This document shows positions 38,466 through 52,151 of a stretch of DNA of 64,000 nt, piece by piece. The stretch spans positions 35,092,001-35,156,000 of the forward strand of contig JAQFVV010000001.1 in the NCBI GenBank assembly GCA_028023455.1, read 5' to 3'. The notes below the pieces were generated by a model. The model was not told the origin of the DNA and searched no databases. It saw only the letters and a program-made list of their open reading frames with translations. A program made the position numbers and the translations under genes. Within the stretch, counting starts at the first letter, position 1; each line of letters opens with the position of its first letter. The stretch comes from Epiperipatus broadwayi (taxonomy: Eukaryota; Animalia; Onychophora).

Positions 38466-40093
38466 GTTATTATTTCCAGATAATTTACCCATTACTTTTT
38501 TATATATGTCACATAAAAATATTAATATTTTCCATCACTTATTGAATATTCTTCTTTAAACTTTTGTTAATCTCCACGGTATTATTAAAGAGTGAAATTT
38601 TGCAAACAATTATGACATTATTCTTGAAAATAGAGTAAGAAAATGTTTACAAAAGACATTATTATTAGATAATTAAAAAGCTCAAAGTGTCTTTTAGAGC
38701 AGAAAACTAGCATTAACCTTCCAATTAGAGGTTTGAAGCATTTTTATGTTCCAAAGACTTTTAAGTTGATAGAAATAAATGCAATCACATCAATATAATA
38801 AAAAAAAAGTCAGAAAGGAAACTGACGACAACAGAGAACAACTGGAGATGCTGAAGAACTGATTTAAGTAACTAATGGTCATATTTGCTGTCTTCATGAA
38901 GATGCATCAGAGTGAGGAAATATCTTTTAGTCAAAGAAATAACTTTCACAGACAATAATCAGAGAACTGAACAAGTTGAGAAGTCAAGCCGTCATTAAGA
39001 ATAAAAAAGATTTATAAAAGACGATAATAATATTTATTTTTACATCATAAATTACTTCAGATATATGCAATTATAAAATTATTATTATTATTTTTTAAAG
39101 ACAGAGAAGAGTGATGTGATATGAGCTGTAGTTAAAAACATTTATTTTTTACTATATAATGATATTATTATATTAATTATATTATTCTCACAATACTCGC
39201 ACTGTTTTTTAAGAGAGATGCACAATGTTTAGAAACAATGATTACACAAACAGCATGATATAGATTAAGATGCTTTTAAATAGTCAACTGAGCGGCAGTT
39301 GTTTCTTTGACAATCCCCCATAGAGGAGCAGGTAAAAAGGCATTATTATCTACACTTAAGAATTGATGGGTGGTGAGAGATTGAACGTTTTTTAATCTTT
39401 GTCTTGCTCTATAGCTAGATGAGCTAAATACTCATTTACCAATTACTATTGGATAGTTAGATAAGTTGGCTATGAGCTAATGCAGAAAAGAAAAATTATT
39501 AGATCATGCGCATAACAGATGAAAGCATGGTAACCTTAAAAATATAATAGAATATCAATAACGGCATTTATTTAATAGATAACAATTTCTAGAAGCCGAT
39601 GCTAACTTGTAGAGACGTTATTTCTCTTTCTTTTTTTATTTTTATTAAATCAATCAACTATCACCCACTACTTATATAGAACATTTATTAAAGATATTCA
39701 GATATTAATATTTGTATAGAATAATTTTTACAATAGAGAATTAAATTTTAATAAGCTATTTAAAATTTAACAGATTATTCAAAATGTAAAATTCTCAAAA
39801 CTCCACATAACCGCGTAAATCTACAAAACAAGTCATATTAGGTATATATAAAAATTAAAGTCATCATGGATGATTAACTTCGTCACATTATCTCTGAAAG
39901 CAACATATTTGGCAGAGTTGCATTATCATTCTCCATTCTTAGAAAAAACAACTTTGTTTAAATTTATAATATCAAAAGTAAAATTAAAGTCGAAGTCACT
40001 GTAAACTCAGAGTTATATATAAACTAATACAAATCCGTCAATAAATGAAAAAGTGTAGAATGAGCCAAACACTGTTAATATTTTATATCAAAA

Positions 40094-40269
40094 CAGGCAA
40101 AACTCTCTACACGTATTGTCACTCAGTGCAAGCCAGAGTAATCAATGGATGCCAGAAGGCTTGTGCATAAAATCTCCATCTAGTGCCTACTCATCCAATA
40201 TCTCCAGACTAGTTTCTGGCTTGTGGCCGTCGTCGGTGAATGGCAATACGTATAGAGAGTTTTTGCTTG
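40094..40269. mobile_element. MITE with ~27-bp TIRs
   Basis: caggcaaaactctctacacgtattg ... caatacgtatagagagtttttgcttg. CpGs are retained. A related terminus (caggcaaaactctctatac) is at ~7852. Confidence 0.75.
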
Positions 40270-40329
40270 TTTTAATAAGAGTTAAGAGCAAGCATAAGAA
40301 ATGATGATCATGTAATATTTTATATCAAC

Positions 40330-40930
40330 ATTAATAAATGACTATTAATGAACACATAAGCAGAAAAGGTGGATTTTTAAATATTCATGCTTAGCATGCT
40401 TTTGACATAATACATATATCATATTCATAGCTTATAGTAATATGACTCAAAATTTTTTGTTATTAGTGTATAAGAAGTGATTAAATATCCATTCAAAAAT
40501 ATTGAAATTTATCTAAATAGCCCACTTTTTTGATAGAGGGATATTTGCATATTGATTGAATAGTGGTCACTTGCTATTACCAATACCTCTTTGATTTTCC
40601 GTTTAAATCTATGGCCAGTTTTTTGTTCATGGTGGGCGAATATTGATGAATATTCTTCATTTTTAAGGACTCTGTTGTATAAATATCTATGTTGGATCAA
40701 TCTAGTTGAAAGGTTGGGTTGTGATTCACCATAATGTGTTAAGTTGCTTGAAGGTTGACTACATTTAATTTTATAGACCTCTTGATGTGCAGATTCATTC
40801 GACAGTTTGTTTTTGGAATTGTTAATTAATTGCTTCAGTGATGGAAGAGTGTGAAAGCTTATGTTGAATTTGCTGTAGCAAATCTTTTTTAATTTATGTG
40901 CAACTTTTGAAATATAAGAGAGACTAAAAC
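40330..40930 (-). mobile_element. Penelope-like element 3' fragment (thumb + GIY-YIG + 3' tail)
   Basis: Minus-strand QLINNSKNKLSNESAHQEVYKIKCSQ...HYGESQPNLSTRLIQH...SSIFAHHEQKTGHRF. Nucleotide homology to 44600-45220. Confidence 0.75.
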
Positions 40931-41169
40931 ATATACAGAGAGTCTCCTAGTTATAAACTTAATTGGTTCCTGACATGTATTTAGAAGTTGAAATTGTTTG
41001 AAAGTAGAGGTATAAATAAAAAAAACATCAAAAAGGGTTTTCAAAATACAGTATTTATTTTTTATTGATTAGTATCTGGAGTTTTGTTTACAAATTTAAC
41101 AAGAGTTAATTGAATTGTGTTCTTGTTTTTCTCTTAATAAAGAATTCTGTAACATTCTGTGTCTTTTTT

Positions 41170-42731
41170 TATTGCCCTTCATACGCAAGATATATGCTCT
41201 TCATTGGGATCACATTCTTCCATGATGGTCAAAAATTTGTCATGATGCATGAAGGCTTAATTCATATTTCTTGATTGTCAAACTCTTAACAATAAGTTCA
41301 TTATCAGGTTCTTCTGCATTTTGTATTTCATTCATCTCTTGTAGTTTAATCAAGTCTTCATCTGACAGAGGTTCTGAATAAGATTGCATTAACTCATCAA
41401 TATCATCACCAGCGACATCTAAATTTAATTCATTCATTATATTGATTATTTCAGTTGTGATATGTTCAGGAGTTTCTTCAATGTCTATAGAAGCATTCAT
41501 CATTTGTGGATATATTTTGTTCCAACACCTTTCATTGTTGACTCTCTTATTTCAGCCCATGCATCCCCAATAATATTTATTGCATTTCATATATTATAAC
41601 TTTTCCAAAAAATCTCTTAATGTAGGTCCAACTTCCATATCAATTGCCTTGATTATTTGAGTCATTAATATTATCATATGATACTGCTTAAAGGTAGCTA
41701 TCACACTTTGGTCCATAGGTTATTTTTCACTTGTGGTACTGGGAAGGATAAACACAACATTCTGAATATAAATTTTTCAGGGATTTTGGATGTCCAGGAG
41801 AATTGTCTAAAAGCAATAGTGTTTTAAATGATAAATTATTCTCACTACAATATTGTCTAACAGAAGGCATAAAATGATGTGAGAACCAATTTTGAAAAAA
41901 CTGTACAGTAACCCAGGCTTTAAGATTTGATTTTCAAATGACTGGAAGCATTCTTTTATCTTTTCCTTTCAATGCTCTAGGATTTTCTGTTTGATAAATT
42001 AGCATAGGCTAAAATTTAAAATCATCAGTTAAATTACCTCCAAGAAGTAATATTAATCTGTTTTTAGAAGATTTATGTTCAGGTGCAACCGATTCTTCTT
42101 TTGCTAAATATATATGTGCAGGCATCTTTTCCCAAAATAATCCTATCTCATCTACATTGAAGACTAGGCATGGAAAATAAGCCCATCTTTAATGACATTA
42201 AAGAAAGTGGAAATAAATTCACTGGAAGCTTTCTTATCTGCATTGGCACCTTCCCCAGTACATTTAATATTATGTAAAGAATACCTCATTTTAAATTTGT
42301 GAAACCAGCCATTGCTTGCTACAAATTCAATAGCAGAGTCTTTTTTAATTCTTTCTTTCAATATTCATGCAAACTAAGAGTCTTAGTGTGAATAATTGAT
42401 GAACACACTGGGATACCTTTCTGATGTTGATCTTCAATCCATAAAGCCAAAGATTTCACAATTTCATCCATTACTCTGCCACGTCTTTTTGAAATAATCT
42501 TTAAAGAAATATTTCTACAAGTTTTAACATTTTCCTTAATTTTGTTCTTGTTTTTCACAATATATTGTTGATCAGTTTAAATTGCATGAACCTGTGCAAT
42601 TAAAGCATAAGACTCACCATTTTTAGAGTGTTTAATTACTATATCCATTTTGTCTTGACTGTTTGGGGTTTAGGAGACCTTGATTTCTTTTTGGTTGTAT
42701 CAACACTGCTGTTTTTTTGTTTCTCACTCAT
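41170..42731 (-). pseudogene. Tigger-type transposase pseudogene (HTH_psq/CENP-B HTH + DDE_1)
   Basis: MSEKQKNSS...; LALWIEDQHQKGIPV; FVASNGWFHKFKMRYSL..IKCTGEGANAD (FxASxGWxxxFKxR...GExASAD); later IDELMQSYSEPLSDEDLI. Multiple frameshifts. Confidence 0.85.
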
Positions 42732-42937
42732 GGTTTTAATTAATAAGAATGGGAAAAAAATTCACCAAAACATAAATATATACAGTGTGTATGTAACATA
42801 ATTGATACAAACTACTTTTAAAAACAAGTGCTAAACAAGATGATCCTGTTAAAAACAGTTTGTGATGATGCTAAAAATAAAAGTAATTCATGTCAGAGAG
42901 ATGGGAAGATTTACTGTATTTTATATAAGTTCTTATT

Positions 42938-43060
42938 AATAATAATAATTGAAAGCTTGCTAGACTTTCACATGCGCTACCGTTGTTTCTCAGACAGCCA
43001 ATCAGATTTTTAAACAGCTGTAGCACATGTGAAAGTCTATCAAGCTTTCAATTATTACTA
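42938..43060. repeat. Small palindromic MITE inside the Tigger 5' region
   Basis: taataattgaaagcttg.tagactttcacatg.gctac ... gtagcacatgtgaaagtcta.caagctttcaattatta. Central gacagccaatcaga is shared with 9943-10230. Confidence 0.8.
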
Positions 43061-43440
43061 ATTTAATAACAACATGCGATTTACACAAATGTTATTTACA
43101 TACATTGCTGTTAAGTTTTTATTGTTTTCTAAAATATTCTTTTAATTATTTTCTAAATTCCAAAGTTTATTTTTCTTTAGAAAAAATTCAATTACGAATG
43201 TATGTAAATACCTTTTTTTTTTATTATCAGATACTGTAAATTTGTAGCATTATTTAATTAAAGGTTTTTTTTTTAATTATTAAAGTACTATAATACTGTA
43301 CAATTTTGACTACCCATTTTTTCTACAGTATATAGCACTAATTATACATGAAAGTATATGTATAGATAAAGATCTAAAGTCCAAAAGTGATTACGTAATA
43401 GTGAAATGTTTATAACTTGAGTGTAGTAGACTGCCTGTAT

Positions 43441-44911
43441 GAAAGACCACAACATAAACTATATAAGAGAAAATAAGGGAAACTGAATAATGTTAATGAA
43501 TAAGAAAAGAGTATAGAATAAAACTAGGCATACAAATTAAATACCTGAAATTTATGGATATAGCTTCATATAATCTCAAATATATTAAAGATAAATTTAT
43601 TATGACACTATGTAGAAAGCATTGCAAAAAAACATTTACAAAGGCTAAATATTTTAAGATTGTGAATGTCAAATTATGCAAGAAAAAATTCCCACTGAGG
43701 TTGATTATTGACTTTGTCGGAGCATATTTTTACAACATGGCTAAAACCATCATTATGTGCATGACAAAAACTTGGGATTTGGTGACTATTTACTTAAGTT
43801 ACCATATAAATTTGTTAACAAAATTAAAAACACAAAATTAGATGTCAACAAAATGACATTACTAGACACAAAAGAATTATATGGCTCAGTGCTAAGAACA
43901 GAATTTATAGAAGTTATTAGCAAGTTGTTCAATAGCATTAACTATGGTCCTTGCAAAAAATAATTTATCATAAATGTACTAAAGTGGATAGATAAAGACC
44001 TTATAGCAATAGTAAATGGAAAATATTAAAAAATGAACTATGTATGGGGTGAATGGAACTTTCCATCATTGGCATCATTAGGAGCCTATTCTCGCAAACA
44101 TTGAAAATAAACATCATCCCTAACTTTGTCCCTTCAAATCCAGATTTAGTATATGTTACATACATTGACAACACATTTACATGTTCAAAGAACACACATA
44201 TCAATAAAATACAGCAAGAATTGGAACAAGCATTAACATTTTCATGAACCATAGAGACAGAAGACAGTAGCAGATGAATTAAATTTCTGGACATAAATCT
44301 AAGACAATCCAACATGCTAGACTACAGAATGATGCTTAAATCCATAAAGTTTAAAGAAGTGATCCACCCCAGATCAATAACCCCCATTTCACATAAATAT
44401 ATATAACTTAAACATTTTCCACATAGAAATCACAGTTTGTGCAAATCTGAATATGATAAAAAGAACAATGCCAAGGAATACATAAAGGACCTTTAAAATA
44501 TAGGATATAATTATAGAAAAATCATTAACACTATAAATAGGATTTACAACAAAGTAAAAAACCCTGTCCCACTCACCAAAAAAAGACTAAAAAATGTAGT
44601 CTCCTTTACACCCAAAAGTCACATCTAAATTTAAAAAGATTTACAATGACAAATTCAATGAAGTTTTTGATCACTGAACTAATTAATTAATAATTATAAA
44701 GACCAACCGTTGATTGAATCTGTACATCAGGTGATTTACAAAATTAAATACAGCCACCTGCATGCAACTTAGCATATTATTGTGAATCATGAACCAACCT
44801 TTCAATTGCCAACACACATATTTATACACAGAACTTTTAAAAATAAAGCATATTCATCAATATTCACAAAATACTGGTCATAGATTTGAATTATCAAAAA
44901 CAAAACATATA

Positions 44912-44969
<58 letters not shown>

Positions 44970-45220
44970 AAAAAGCAGAATATCAAAGAGGCAATTACAA
45001 CAGCAAGGGGTTATTTTCCAATTAATATTAAAGATACAAGAATCCCTCTATCAAAGAATTGGACTATTTAAATAAATTTTATTATTTTTAAATAGCTAAT
45101 TATTTGTTACTTATATATATGATACACATGATATATCAAAAATATGCTGGGCAATAATAAAGCTGAATTTTTAAAAAATTACATTTTCTGGGTAGTGTTT
45201 ATTAAGAGTCATTTATTACA
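43441..45220 (+). mobile_element. Penelope-like element (RT + GIY-YIG endonuclease), decayed
   Basis: MTLLDTKELYGSV (cf. SFDVxSLYTNV), YIDNTF (YVDD), FS*TIETEDS..IKFLDI (FTxExE...FLD), VIYKIKYSH (GIY), NIKEAI and LSKNW (PLE C-terminus). Confidence 0.75.
44916..44966. repeat. (GA)n microsatellite, ~25 units
   Basis: Pure GA dinucleotide run. Confidence 0.97.
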
Positions 45221-45863
45221 TTATCTCAGAAAAGAAATAAAATTTATAGTTGAATATTAAAAGTAATACATCTCTGGAGCTCTTTCTGAGGCTCAATTAC
45301 AAAACTGAAAATTTCTATAATCCTTTAACATTACAATAGTTTTTTTTTGCTAGGTTGCTATAAAGCAACTGATTATTGATTTATTGTAGTGATGGCTCAG
45401 AATAGATACAGATATATACTATTAAATAAATAATCAAATAACATATTGCTCAGTAGTTTATAAGAATTTAAATTTCAGAAATGTCAGAGTGAGAAATATG
45501 ATCCATGGAACTTAAACTCTTAAATTTCACTATTTAATTTTTGCAGTAAATCACATAGGGCTGTATGTGGTACTGATAAAAAAGGAAGTCTGTGGCTTCA
45601 ATAAACTTTGAGGTTTTTTTAATATTCAACAAGCTAATGTATATACTGTAGACAAGTTCATTCTTATGTAATAAGAAGACAAAAATAATAATTTGATCTA
45701 CTAATTAAAGTTTGATTCAATAAGAAATTGAATATAAAAATGACTATTATATATGTATAAAATTATGCAGGTTTTAATTGGTTATTAACCTGCTGACATC
45801 ATAGCTGAAAGTTATTTATAATAATAGTCTGAAAATCCTGTTAAAACTTTCACAAGTTATATA

Positions 45864-47496
45864 TGTATGTTGTACCACTGGCAAATATATATGTTTAAAA
45901 AAGGCACATATATTCTGCATTACATATATAGACATTTAAAAATAAATGATCAAATTTATTTTGGGGGAAAAAGAAAAGTGATAATAATAAAATACAAAAT
46001 AAAGTATGGTTTTAAAGAGTTTTTTTCTCTAAAAAATGCAAACTTTCAAAAATAAAGTATTGCATCACTTTTTTCTTTTAAAAATAAATAAAAGCTTTAG
46101 TATTAAAGAGTGAATGGAGGGAGGAAAATAATTCTTAAGTAAAAGTTAAAACCAGCTCTCCCTTTTTATAATTTTTTAAAAAATATATAGATGAAAAAAA
46201 AAGAAAATAATAAAACAAATGTAAAAATAAAATCAGACTAAAAATATAATTTGTAAAAAAAAAAAAAACTTTTAAAATTGCAATTCATTAAAGATTATTT
46301 GGATGATAAAAGAAAAGATAACTCCCAGCTGAACGAGTTAAAAAAAAAAGGAAAACTCACATACACTATCTTATCAAAAAAGGTAGATTAATCTCAAAAT
46401 GAGATTAAATACCAAAAATGCAAAAATTAATCCTAATGAAACAGTAAATGAATCTAAAAGTAGGATTAAGATAAGAAATATAAAATTAATTAAACTATAT
46501 CTGAGGACAATAAAGAGAAAACAATGAGAGGGAGACATATAAAAGACAAGAGATAAGAAATTTATATAATTCCCAGTCAGATTGTTATTCAGATGCAGTC
46601 AAATTATTCAACACTCCTGTATTACTAGTAAAAAAATTAAGATGGCCAGAAAATGATCCAGATTTCCAGGATGTGTTCATTGACCTATCTTCACTAATTG
46701 CTGACATAGCAGCATGCAGTGCTAAAGAAGACTAGAAGAGTTTGGCTAGTCTTCAATCCTGGGTCCTCTGTATCATTAGATTTTCTCCACCTGAAATCAG
46801 TGCTTGCCTCATGAAATGTAAACTGCTGATAATCTATTTCTTTCCTTCATTGTAAACCTGAAGAATCAAAAGAAAGCCAAAAAACATTGATAAAAATCAA
46901 GATCAAACAGTTGGTAGTCAACAAGTAAGGAAACAAGCAAGCAACTAGATCCATGAAAGGGTGATGCATTATTCTAAATCCTAGATAAATATAATTTTTT
47001 TTCCATTATAAATATCTACATATATATGTGAATGAAAGGAACTTTAATGAACTTTCATACTTACAGCCAAACATAATCTTTAATATTTATTATACTGTGT
47101 TATAATTATGTGTGTGAAAATAAATATTTGTTTACTTAATTGTTGTTTGATCAATTCTCTCTCTTAGAACTATGCCATTAGTAGTTTAATTTATAAATAA
47201 TTCAAGTGTTGGGTAAGTGTGCCAAAATTTTGCTTCTCACAATTGAGAAAAGGAGCTAGCTTGGGATATGTCAAGCACTAGATTATGTGATGACTATATA
47301 ACCTGTGGTTAGCTGGTATATGTGGTTAATCCTCAAAACAAATAAAGTGCTTTATATGGCAGGGGTTTGAATATAGCAGTTAAGAAATGCTATAACCTGT
47401 AAATATGATTGTAGGTTATACTTTGTATAGCCTTGGTCTGTTTATAGGTACTGTTAATATTTTATCTATCTCTGGTATTATACTTCTCTGCTTGAA
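45864..47496 (+). repeat. 5' LTR (homology to the 3' LTR ends at ctctgcttgaa)
   Basis: tgtatgttgtaccactggcaaatatatatg... aligns with 52152 onward; visibly diverged. Confidence 0.85.
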
Positions 47497-48289
47497 AAGC
47501 TGGTCTGTTGCTATAGTGGAAGCACAGTCTGAATTAAATTTGAGATTTAAAGAAAATAATCAAATCAATTTTTCTGACCCAGTTTAATTGGCTTTCCAAT
47601 GCTGGTGCCAAAGTACCACAAATTACCAGAGTAAATAAAATCACAATTGAAGTTAAAAATAAAATTAAAAAAAGTTAAAAACAAATTCTTAATAAATGCC
47701 AAATTGCATAATAAAAGTTGAAATCAGTGAGCAGTATGAGAAGAGAATAGACCAAAGCAAACAAATTATAATATTAAATTGTAAAATGTAAATAAAAAGG
47801 AGAGAGACTAGAGAGATAAATATTTTTATACATATTAGGGGTATTGATGGAAAGGTGGGAATTAGAAAGGACTAAGAGGTTTGGAGGTGGTTAAGTACTT
47901 TGTTTGAGTAAAATTTTAAAAAATAAAAATAAATAAAATTTGCATTATAAAAGTTATTAAAAAGAAAATTATTAATCTGTAATAGAGTCAAAATAAAAAT
48001 GGAGGTGCAAAAATAATATAGACATAAAAGAAAGAATAAGATTGCAAGGGAAAATAATGAAAAGACAAAAATGCTGAGAAAAAAATAGAACAGTGGGTGT
48101 TGGAAATGAATATAGCATGATGAGAGGATATGGAAGTAATAGAATGCATAATAATAGATATAAAGAAGCTGGTAGAGAAAGTAGATAGGTTGGAAAATGA
48201 CTGAAAAACAAAAATATGTGCACTTATCTAAATAGACTTAATATTGTAAATCGCTTTTTAAAAATAAAAATGTTTTCAGGGTATGCAGG

Positions 48290-48830
48290 GTAGGCTCCCA
48301 ATGAACACCTTGACAGCTTAGAGCATTACTTCACCTTGAACAAATTGAGTGAGGAAGCCATGGTCACTATAGCTCATAGTCATATTCGAGGTGATGCACA
48401 ATTCTGGTAGAATTTTTTATTCTCAAAACTGGAGACATTTGGAGAATATAAGCTATCATTATTGGCAAATTATTCAGATGAAAAATATTAAGAGAACATT
48501 AAGCACCAGGGGTTGCAGGACATATAGCATCCTGAGAAACTAATCACAACATTTTTTCACCAACAAGCAGAGGTTAGGGTCAATAATAGAAAATCCATTA
48601 TCTGAATAGCAAATTGTTCATATTGTAAGATGTAGTTTCCCTAATATTATGGAACAGATGTTAATTGGAACAGAATGGAAACTGTGCATTTGACAACAGT
48701 AGGAAAATTAATGAGCATAGGAACAGGGAATACAAACCCTTAAAAGTATGATTCTTATAAAAGTGATTGGGAGAGAAATCATGATAGCAAAGATAAAAAA
48801 TTTAAGAGTAAGAGAAAAAATTGAAAGATG
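48290..48830 (+). pseudogene. Gypsy gag capsid remnant
   Basis: EHLDSLEHYFTLNKLSEEA...IRGDAQFW resembles the retrotransposon gag motif (FLxxLExYF...L.G.A..W). Confidence 0.6.
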
Positions 48831-48900
48831 GATATATAGCTGGGAAGAAAGCGAGACAATATTGGCATTACCTACTATCCAAAAGTAAAAATAGTATTAG

Positions 48901-51730
48901 GTGATAACCAGTGCTTTGCTCAACTCAGGTAGCCAGGTGTCAGTAGTGTCGGAGGATATGTTTAAAGGAATGAGCCATTTCAACTCTAACATCAAAATTT
49001 TGTCCTTACAAACAGTATTGGTATCAAAACAGGTATGGGAAAACATGCACATAGGGGAGAAAAAATATAGTTATGTATTGCATATTTTGGAGGGACTAAT
49101 CCATGAAGTCAGACTGGGATCAGACTTCGTGAATAGGGTCGGCTGTGTGTTGGATTATAAACATCAAATAAAAGTAAATGGTAAAGCACTAACATTTACA
49201 TCAGACAAAATGTATAGGGCTGACAGAGCATGTTGCATACAAAATGCAGGAGTAAAAATGGAAATACACAGAAAGGTAAAGAAATCAAAATATAAGTATC
49301 AAAGAAGGTGATTGGAGCAAGTGCTGTATAAGTACAAAAATGTTTTTTTTTCAGAAATCACTGAAATAATTCAAGACTATGAGCACAGAATAAAACTCAT
49401 GAGATATCAACCATATCAGGCCGGGGCATACCCTATTCTACATCAATACAGGAGGAAGGTAAAAAAGCAGATAGATAAAATGCTAAAGTGGAGAATCATA
49501 TCCAAATTTTCATCACCTTTTAACAACCCTATTGTAACCATAAAGAAAAAGAGGTGTCCATTTGATTATATTTGGATGCAAGACAATTAAAAAAAATAAC
49601 AATCCCTGACACAAACACTTCTCCACCTATACACAAATTATTGGTAAAATTTCAGATCAAATTATATCCCAGAAATCAGAAATACACCACATTTTGGTAT
49701 AATGGGCATGCTTAAAAAACATTAATCAGATACCATTTGGTTCAAAAAATAGTGTGATGGGACTAATATTGTGTTTGGAATAGGTATTATTGAATGAAAT
49801 AAAAAATTTAGTGGTGATATATGTCGATGACATTGTATTAGCATCAGAGAGTATAGAAAAGTTGCAAGAATGTAGACAAAAGGGAATCAAAAATAAACTT
49901 AAAGAAAAGCAATTTAATGAGGACCTAGATAAAATTTTAGGTCACATAATATGTGTAAAGAGAACTCAACTGTATCCTGAAAAAATTCAAGCAATTCAGG
50001 ATTTTCTGGTGCTAAAAAAAACCACATAAGATCCTTCCTAGGTTTATGTAACTTTTACAAGTGGTTTTATAAAAAAAATTTCTTTGACATGGAGCAACTA
50101 TTGCAATTTCTAAAAAAGGAAAGGTCATGGGTGTGGATGAAACAGCATAATCACAGTTTTCAAAATGTGAAAACAAGTTTTTAGAGAAGATCATGTTGTC
50201 ATATTCTGACTTTTGCAAGTGATTTTTCATATAACTGTAAGCAGTGGGATTGTATTGGGGACTACACTTTTTCAAAGCCAAGAGGGGAGTTGGCAAGAGA
50301 TCCTTTTCTTTATTAGTTATTTATTGAAGGGCCCTGAAGTTAACTACACAGTGACCAAAAAGGAAGCTTTAGCAATTATCTGGGTGCTCCAAAAATTTCA
50401 GCAGTTTCTAATAGAATCTGAGGTGATTGTAATCACAGATTACAAAAGCCTCGAATTCCTAAAACATAGCTTCCTTACAAACAGTTGGCTGATAAAGTGG
50501 AGTTTATTCCTCCAACAATTTAACTATTGTGTAAAATATTGCCAAGGGAAAGAAAATGTTGTAGCAAAAACCTTAAGTTGTTACCCAGTGTCACAGGACT
50601 AACAGCACTTAAGCTGTAAGGACCTGTATATTGCCGTGATAGAAATAAATGTAAGTGAGGCTGAAGAAAATGACCTCCATAGGTTAAAGAAAAAACAAAG
50701 AGAGACTCCAATTACAGGCAGATAATCAATCTGTAAAAGGAAGCAGAAATAATTCATTGTGAGAGATAGGAAATACTATTGCTTAAAAGGTTTTTTTTAC
50801 AAGATAAAAATGAAAAAGGAGATTGACAAAGGTGTATAGTTATTCATGTCACTGTGTGAAGGTAGATAGTGGATCATATTCATCAAAGGAATTTGATTTA
50901 CTGGCTGGTGATGTATGCCAGCATTCTGGATATCATAAATGAGTGTGAAGTAGGCTAGAAAACAAAAGCACTTAATGCATCTGGAGTAGGTCCACTTATG
51001 CCTATTTACTCTCAACAACCTAAGCTTAGTGGCTACAGATTTTTATGAACCATTTTCCCATTTAACAAAATGAGATATTTGGTAGTAGTTTATGATATAT
51101 TTTCAAAACTGGTGGCTGCATCTCTGGTGTCTTAGGAAAATTCTAAGCAAACAGTATGGGTATTGGAATAGCTGCATTTTGAAACTATTGGGATTACTGA
51201 TAAGATTATATCTGATCATGTAACACCATTCATTTCTGAGCAGTGGAAGAAATGGATTGAGAGACATAAAATAAAACACATACATCTACTCATAACATGT
51301 AGTCCAATCTATATGAATAAATCATGTGGGAATTAGGGCAACTATTCAGAGTGTATATACACAATAATCATTGAAAGTGGGTTAAGGAAATTCCATGATC
51401 AGCAATATAATGAATTAGTCAAAAAAGGAATCTACAGGATTTGAACCTATATGGCTTTATTTTTTAAAAAACATACCTTATCCATTTAAAACTAAACTGC
51501 CAGTGAAGACAGGACCTGTAGATAAAAAAAAGGGATTCTGGACAAGTATGTATTAAGCTAAAGAAGATAGGTGAGTTAAGGAAGTGAAGGCAAAGGAAGA
51601 CAAAGAATGAATTTATGATAGAGGACAATATTATGATAAAAATTAATTCTGTGAGCAACCCAAAACAACCTGAGTATAAAAAGTTATAACCAACATACGA
51701 CAATCCATATGTAGTAATATGCAAATGCAA
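48901..51730 (+). pseudogene. Gypsy pol pseudogene (protease, RT, RNase H, integrase)
   Basis: Protease ALLNSGSQVSVVS (DSG-type). RT YPILHQYRRKVKKQIDKMLKWRIISKFSSPFNNPIV and VVIYVDDIVLAS. RNase H SYLLKGPEVNYTVTKKEALAIIW...VIVITDYKSLEFL...NVVAKTLS. Integrase SDHVTPFISEQW and a PTYDNPY (GPY/F-like) motif. Confidence 0.9.
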
Positions 51731-52151
51731 CAACAAGGTGTTTGTCATGGCAAAGGGTGTGGAGAGAACAGGAACTTACAACACTCATTCACTGAGATTG
51801 TTAAAAAAAGATCTGCCTGTCAAACATTAAGAAAAGCTACAGTAGTTGGTTGGACTTGTAGGTAATGAAATATAAACAAATACCTGGATTACATGAAGAA
51901 TGGAAATAATGTTAATAAAATAAAATGTTTTTGTGTTGGAAGGTGATAGAAATAAAATGGAATAAATAAAATACAAGAAAATGTTTTTTGTTGAGAGTTA
52001 ATAATGGAAATGAACCAAAGTAAAGGTTTTTTTTTAAAGAGAATCAATATATGATAATGAAAAAAGTAAACAGAATTTTGTATAAAGAATAAATAAATTA
52101 TTAGAGATAAATGATTGATTGATGCATTTTCTCTCAAAATAGGGGAGGGGC

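Larger units (their letters stand above)
40936..43437 (-). mobile_element. Tigger/pogo (Tc1-mariner superfamily) DNA transposon, ~2.5 kb, decayed
   Basis: TA-flanked imperfect TIRs (TA|CAGAGAGTCT...GTTATAAAC and GTTTATAAC...AGACTGCCTG|TA) enclose a CENP-B/DDE_1-type transposase pseudogene. Confidence 0.8.

Noticed and set aside
44789-45071. ORFs containing RERERE tracts
   Set aside because: The tract is the translated (GA)n microsatellite inside a decayed PLE.
47585-47610. Primer-binding site TGGTGCCAAAG for the Gypsy element
   Set aside because: Only a partial match to a tRNA 3' end, and the true LTR 3' boundary cannot be fixed because the 3' LTR is truncated.
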